From positions 1 through 10,924 of the forward strand of contig CAYRNI010000073.1 in assembly GCA_964425665.1 (NCBI GenBank): a stretch of DNA of 10,924 nucleotides, read 5' to 3'. The notes under the pieces are model-generated. The model worked only from the letters and a program-made list of their open reading frames with translations, was not told the origin of the DNA and did not search any database. Below are positions 6,836 through 10,924 of this stretch, one piece after another. This DNA is from an uncultured bacterium (GTDB lineage: Bacteria > UBP14 > UBA6098 > B30-G16). The position numbers and the translations under genes were made by a program. The first letter of the stretch is position 1, and each line of letters starts with the position of its first letter.

Positions 6836-7804
6836 ATGGGAAAGCGTCGTTCGGAACAGAAAAGCGTTCTACCGCAACATCACAAAAATCAAGTCAAACA
6901 TCAGGAGGTCGTGGACCTCGCCATCGTTGTCGTGAGCTATAACACCGCTTTCCATCTTAGGAGATGTCTCCTTTCCCTGAAAGAAAATCCAATCACCGAG
7001 GGAACATCGGTAGTAATCGTAGTGGATAATGCATCCACAGATGGCAGTGCACAAATGGTCAAAAAAAAGTTCCCTTGGGTATATCTTATAGAAAATAATG
7101 AAAATTATGGTTTTGCCTATGGATGCAATCAGGGTATAAAAACTGTGGACGCGAGATATTATTTACTTTTCAATTCCGATGCTGCCGCGATGGGCAATGC
7201 CCTCGATGTTATGGTTTCTTTTATGGATGCCAATCCCGATGTGGGTGCTGCGGGCGGTTTGATACTAACCGAAGACGGCAAAATTCAACCATCCACGCTC
7301 GTATATCCAACTTATTGGAATCTTCTATTTTCACGGGCATCCCTGCTATCGAAGATTCCGATATTCCGCTGGAAGATGTTGGAGATTCGACAAGTCCCCG
7401 AGGATGTCACCGATGTCCCTGCTCTCGCTGGTGGATTCCTAATTCTCAGAAAGGAAGCTCTCGAACAGGTGGGACTTTTAGATGAAAGATTTTTCATATA
7501 TCTCGAAGATATAGACATCTGCAGAAGATTGCGAAAAAACGGCTGGCGAGTAGTTTTCAATCCCAATGCGAGAATACTCCATTCGTGGGGAGCATCATCA
7601 TCCAAAAGAAGGGCAAAAGCCTTCTGGTGGCATCATATGTCGATGTTCAAATATTTTCAGAAACATTATCCATATCTTCTACCGATAAATCTTCTACTGG
7701 GAATAGGACTCGTAGGACACTATGCACTATGGTGGTCTATAAATACCATAACGGGTTGGAGAGCGTATCGAAAAAATGAGGATAAAAATAACAGAAAAAT
7801 CTAA
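6836..7804 (+). CDS. GT2-family glycosyltransferase (WbbL-like rhamnosyltransferase type) with a C-terminal hydrophobic segment.
   Basis: IVVVSYNTAFHLRRCL, VVDNASTDGS, ANPDVGAAGG, FIYLEDIDICRRLRKNGWRVVF. The preferred start is ATG 6836, with GGAGG at 6824-6828 7 nt upstream and only 1 nt after the upstream TGA. The ORF track shows a TTG at 6821 instead. Confidence 0.8.
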   Translation: MGKRRSEQKSVLPQHHKNQVKHQEVVDLAIVVVSYNTAFHLRRCLLSLKENPITEGTSVVIVVDNASTDGSAQMVKKKFPWVYLIENNENYGFAYGCNQGIKTVDARYYLLFNSDAAAMGNALDVMVSFMDANPDVGAAGGLILTEDGKIQPSTLVYPTYWNLLFSRASLLSKIPIFRWKMLEIRQVPEDVTDVPALAGGFLILRKEALEQVGLLDERFFIYLEDIDICRRLRKNGWRVVFNPNARILHSWGASSSKRRAKAFWWHHMSMFKYFQKHYPYLLPINLLLGIGLVGHYALWWSINTITGWRAYRKNEDKNNRKI

Positions 7805-7846
7805 CAAATATTTTTCCCACAATTTGAAGAAACACAGGAGAACGAT

Positions 7847-8281
7847 ATGAAAAAAGTGTATATATTTTCGGTTTTTTTCGTATTCGTTGTGCTGACCTAT
7901 GGAATCGACCTCGATGGTGTCAAAAATCTTATGGAAAATTATCGGCTCGCGTTCAATTCTGGCAATCCGAGTTATTTCGATACCATACTTTCTGATAGTT
8001 TCACATATTCCGGTGCCGAACCCGAGCTGTCGAAAATGGTTTTCAAAAGCATAGTAGAGCTAGCGCCATATTCGATTTCAAAATTTTTCGACATTACGAT
8101 TTCGCCCATCGGAAAAGACAGTGCCTTTGCAAATATGGAGATGGAAATAAACTACGGAGCGGTCAAAGATACGGTGGCACAAACCTTTATTATAGTCGAA
8201 GAAAACGGAAATTTGCGAATCGGTGCTATTATAGAATCAGAAACTAACCACCCAAAGAAAATAAAAATAAATAAATTATGA
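7847..8281 (+). CDS. Small secreted protein of unknown function, possibly NTF2/SnoaL-like fold.
   Basis: AGGAGA lies 7 nt upstream. Signal peptide MKKVYIFSVFFVFVVLTYG. The pattern of hydrophobic and aromatic residues (NLMENYRLAFNSGNPSYFDTILSDSFTYSG) resembles NTF2-like or DUF4440 proteins. The stop overlaps the nadC start (ATGA). Confidence 0.55.
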   Translation: MKKVYIFSVFFVFVVLTYGIDLDGVKNLMENYRLAFNSGNPSYFDTILSDSFTYSGAEPELSKMVFKSIVELAPYSISKFFDITISPIGKDSAFANMEMEINYGAVKDTVAQTFIIVEENGNLRIGAIIESETNHPKKIKINKL

Positions 8282-9132
8282 TTACACTGGACTATATAAA
8301 ATCGTTGGTCAGCAGGGAACTCGAATGCGATATCGGCGAGGGCGATATAACCTCTCTTTCGGTTCTTCCGCCGGGATGTGAAGCGAGCGGCAAAATAATC
8401 GCCAAACGAGATGGAATTATATGTGGTCTCGGTTTTGCTCAGGTAGCATTTCAACTCGTGGATGATAGCACGAATTTTAAGCCGCTTCGTTCCGATGGGG
8501 ATAAGGTTTTCGAGGGAGATACTATCGCCGAGATTTCTGGTAATGCGGTTTCTGTTCTTTCCGCCGAACGAACGGCATTAAATTTTCTTGGACACCTTTC
8601 GGGCATTGCAACTAACACTGGTGAAATTGTCGAAAAAATTGCGAACTATCGCACAAAAATTCTCGACACGAGAAAAACGACACCTGGACTTCGCTTAGCC
8701 GAAAAATATGCCGTAAAATGCGGCGGTGGTCAAAATCATCGGTTCGGACTTTACGATATGATACTCGTCAAGGACAACCATATCGCCGCAGCAGGCGGAA
8801 TAGAAAATACCCTGCGGAAATTATACGATTCTCAAAAGCCGAATGTCCCTGTGGAAATCGAGGTTACGAATTTCGAGCAGCTCGAAATCGCACTCGGCTA
8901 TCCGCTCGATAGAATTATGCTGGACAATTTTCATCCCGACGATGTAGTGCGTGCTATTGAAATTCGGAAAAAATCTGGTTCAGAAATACCTTTCGAATGC
9001 AGCGGGAATATCACAAGCGAAAATGTTGTCGAGTATGCCGAAACAGGCGTGGAATTCATATCTATCGGTGCGATTACACATTCTGCAAAACAACTCGATT
9101 TATCACTTGATATCGAGATAAAAAAGTATTAA
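8278..9132 (+). CDS. nadC: Nicotinate-nucleotide pyrophosphorylase [carboxylating] (quinolinate phosphoribosyltransferase).
   Basis: Family-typical motifs: TALNFLGHLSGIAT, ILDTRKTTPGLRLAEKYAVKCGGGQNHRFGLYDMILVKDNHI, MLDNF, SGNIT. Length ~284 aa. Confidence 0.9.
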   Translation: MITLDYIKSLVSRELECDIGEGDITSLSVLPPGCEASGKIIAKRDGIICGLGFAQVAFQLVDDSTNFKPLRSDGDKVFEGDTIAEISGNAVSVLSAERTALNFLGHLSGIATNTGEIVEKIANYRTKILDTRKTTPGLRLAEKYAVKCGGGQNHRFGLYDMILVKDNHIAAAGGIENTLRKLYDSQKPNVPVEIEVTNFEQLEIALGYPLDRIMLDNFHPDDVVRAIEIRKKSGSEIPFECSGNITSENVVEYAETGVEFISIGAITHSAKQLDLSLDIEIKKY

Positions 9133-9195
9133 ATTATTTTTAATAAATGCGAACGAACGAGATTTTTCTCGGCAAATTTACATCAGGAGTCGAAG

Positions 9196-10044
9196 ATGGA
9201 ACGCGATGAAATAGCGAATGAGGTCTACAATCGGGTTATGAAGGAACTCAACCTTCAGCGATGCGATGGAATATGTCTCGGCTGTGAGGAATGTATAGTC
9301 CAAAATCCTGGCGGGACACAGGCGATAATCGATGCTGGTGCAACAAGAATCAGTTCGCCGCTCGGCGTTCTGCCCGACAACAAGGATATTGCAAAATATA
9401 TCGACCACACCTTGCTCAAAGCCGATGTCGATGAAAAAAGCATTCGGAAACTTTGCGATGAAGCGAAGGAATATCATTTCGCCTCTGTATGTGTAAATCC
9501 ATACTGGGTTTCTCTTTGCTGCGAACTTCTGAAAGATACCGATGTAAAAATCGCGACGGTTATCGGTTTTCCGCTGGGGGCTACGCCGAAAGAGGTAAAA
9601 TCGTTCGAGGCTCAGCAGGCATCACAGAACGGTGCGGATGAATTCGATATGGTAATCAACATCGGTGCGTTAAAATCCGACGATTTCAAATATGTCTACG
9701 AGGACATCAAAGCGGTTGTCGATGCCGTCTCGCCGAAGGTTGTCAAGGTAATAATCGAGACCGCACTTCTGACCGATGAGGAGAAGGTCGAGGCTTGCAC
9801 GATAGCGAAAGAAGCAGGTGCACATTTTGTTAAGACATCCACGGGATTTTCCTCTGGCGGTGCGACAGTGGAAGATGTCAAACTTATGAAAGCGGTTGTC
9901 GATGGTAATCTCGAAATCAAGGCATCGGGCGGAATTCACGACTACGAGACCGCTCTCGAAATGATAAAGGCAGGGGCAACAAGAATAGGGGCATCCGCAG
10001 GAGTCGCCATAATCAAAGGCGAAAAGGGAACGAGTGCCTATTAG
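9196..10044 (+). CDS. deoC: Deoxyribose-phosphate aldolase (class I DERA) with an extra ~60-aa N-terminal Cys-rich extension.
   Basis: AGGAG lies 6 nt upstream. From residue ~64 onward the protein matches DERA: [10 protein letters not shown]...[20 protein letters not shown], catalytic [28 protein letters not shown]. The first ~62 aa (containing C-x3-C-x2-C-x2-C) have no counterpart in ~220-aa canonical DERAs. Confidence 0.85.
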   Translation: MERDEIANEVYNRVMKELNLQRCDGICLGCEECIVQNPGGTQAIIDAGATRISSPLGVLPDNKDIAKYIDHTLLKADVDEKSIRKLCDEAKEYHFASVCVNPYWVSLCCELLKDTDVKIATVIGFPLGATPKEVKSFEAQQASQNGADEFDMVINIGALKSDDFKYVYEDIKAVVDAVSPKVVKVIIETALLTDEEKVEACTIAKEAGAHFVKTSTGFSSGGATVEDVKLMKAVVDGNLEIKASGGIHDYETALEMIKAGATRIGASAGVAIIKGEKGTSAY

Positions 10045-10133
10045 ATTGCGAAATTACTCCCTGATTATCAAACCGCCACTCAATTAGATGCCAAGTTAGA
10101 CAATCGGAAATGGAAAATCGAAATGAAAGATTA

Positions 10134-10919
10134 TTACTCGATTATTAAACCGCGAAGTTTTTCCAAAGATTCCGAGATAGCAGTCCCCGCTGGCATTTTT
10201 ATCAAATGATGACCCGATTTTTTTGTCCTTCCTTCGCCCTTCTGTCCCATCCCGATACCGATTAGGAACTGACAATCGCAAAGTTGTTCGAGTATCTGGT
10301 ATGTTTTCCCGTGAGGATTTTGTTCGGCTATTCTATTGATTCGCCTCTCGTAAAAATGCCATTCATCGTTATCTAATTCATATATGTCGAAAAATTTTGC
10401 TCTTCCGAAAATTTTCGGTGAAATATTTTCCCTATCCGATGCGATTGCTATACGGATTTTCTCTTTTGGAGCAGCGATGAGAACCTGATTATCGCCAGAA
10501 ATCCAGTATTCCACCTTCTTAAAATTAGTTTCGTCGAGAATTTCAATAAGTTCATCGTATTTAAAATAGCGTTCTGGCACACCTGTTTGCGCACCATATC
10601 GCCAGTCGAGAATTACCACTCGACCGCCAGTATTAAGCGATTTTTTCGCCGAGACAAAAAACTGACGAGGATTTTCAAAATGATGAAACGAATGAACCGA
10701 ATAGATTAAATCGAATTTTCTATCCAACCTATCGATTTCCTCAGCACGCAAGGGTTCACAATCATTTCCAGCACCGAAGATAAATGGGTCGACGCCGAAA
10801 AAATCGGCATCTGTCATCTCTTGAAGTCTGTCCAACAATCTGCCATCGCCGCATCCCACCTCGAGAACGCTCGATTTCTCACAGACCATATTTGATATTA
10901 TATCGAATTCGGTTTCCAT
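10134..10919 (-). CDS. Fusion protein with an N-terminal class-I SAM-dependent methyltransferase domain and a C-terminal NifX/NifB-like domain (dinitrogenase FeMo-cofactor family, PF02579-like). Possibly 5'-truncated by the window end.
   Basis: Motif I VLEVGCGDGRLL lies close to the N-terminus and the post-I motif reads GGRVVILDW. The C-terminal ~110 aa (IRIAIASDRENISPKIFGRAKFFDIYELDNDEW...HG...ILEQLCDCQFLIGIGMGQKG...GTAISESLEKL) follow the NifX/MTH1175-like pattern. The ATG at 10919 is only 5 nt from the window edge. Confidence 0.65.
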   Translation of the reverse strand: METEFDIISNMVCEKSSVLEVGCGDGRLLDRLQEMTDADFFGVDPFIFGAGNDCEPLRAEEIDRLDRKFDLIYSVHSFHHFENPRQFFVSAKKSLNTGGRVVILDWRYGAQTGVPERYFKYDELIEILDETNFKKVEYWISGDNQVLIAAPKEKIRIAIASDRENISPKIFGRAKFFDIYELDNDEWHFYERRINRIAEQNPHGKTYQILEQLCDCQFLIGIGMGQKGEGRTKKSGHHLIKMPAGTAISESLEKLRGLIIE

Positions 10920-10924
10920 CGTCG

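Noticed and set aside
9158-9171. Small hairpin cgaga-tttt-tctcg downstream of nadC, considered as a terminator
   Set aside because: The stem is only 5 bp and AU-poor, and no U-run follows it. It sits in the short nadC-deoC spacer and is more likely incidental.
10096-10281. 61-aa minus-strand ORF overlapping the 3' end of the MTase-NifX gene in another frame
   Set aside because: It is a same-strand overlapping frame with no independent start context and a low-complexity product, and is likely spurious.
1-10924. Scan for tRNA/rRNA genes, CRISPR arrays, IS or transposase signatures and long direct or inverted repeats
   Set aside because: Nothing found by eye: no regularly spaced direct repeats, no transposase- or integrase-like ORF, no tRNA T-arm or acceptor motifs, and all intergenic spacers are under 140 bp.

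Overview
This is a bacterial chromosomal window of moderate GC (roughly 40-45% by eye) with Shine-Dalgarno-type ribosome-binding sites. It is densely coding, with 13 protein genes and no rRNA, tRNA, CRISPR array or mobile element that I could recognise. Most genes are housekeeping or envelope-related. They are a 5'-truncated phosphate acetyltransferase (pta), an OmpA-family protein with TolB-like repeats, two translationally coupled GT2 glycosyltransferases, an SPFH/band-7 protein, nadC and deoC. The most system-like block is a four-gene minus-strand operon (5077 down to 2927). It encodes an ECF sigma factor, a single-pass anti-sigma factor, and two tandem periplasmic LTXXQ (Spy/CpxP/ZraP-family) proteins. 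A promoter-containing spacer lies upstream and a bidirectional terminator downstream. Two single genes also stand out. deoC carries an extra ~60-aa N-terminal extension with a Cys4 cluster. The last ORF fuses a SAM methyltransferase to a NifX/NifB-like domain and may run off the window edge. Product calls rest on remembered family motifs, not database searches. The phylum is uncertain: the OmpA/PD40 protein suggests the FCB group, but the strong SD sites argue against Bacteroidetes.
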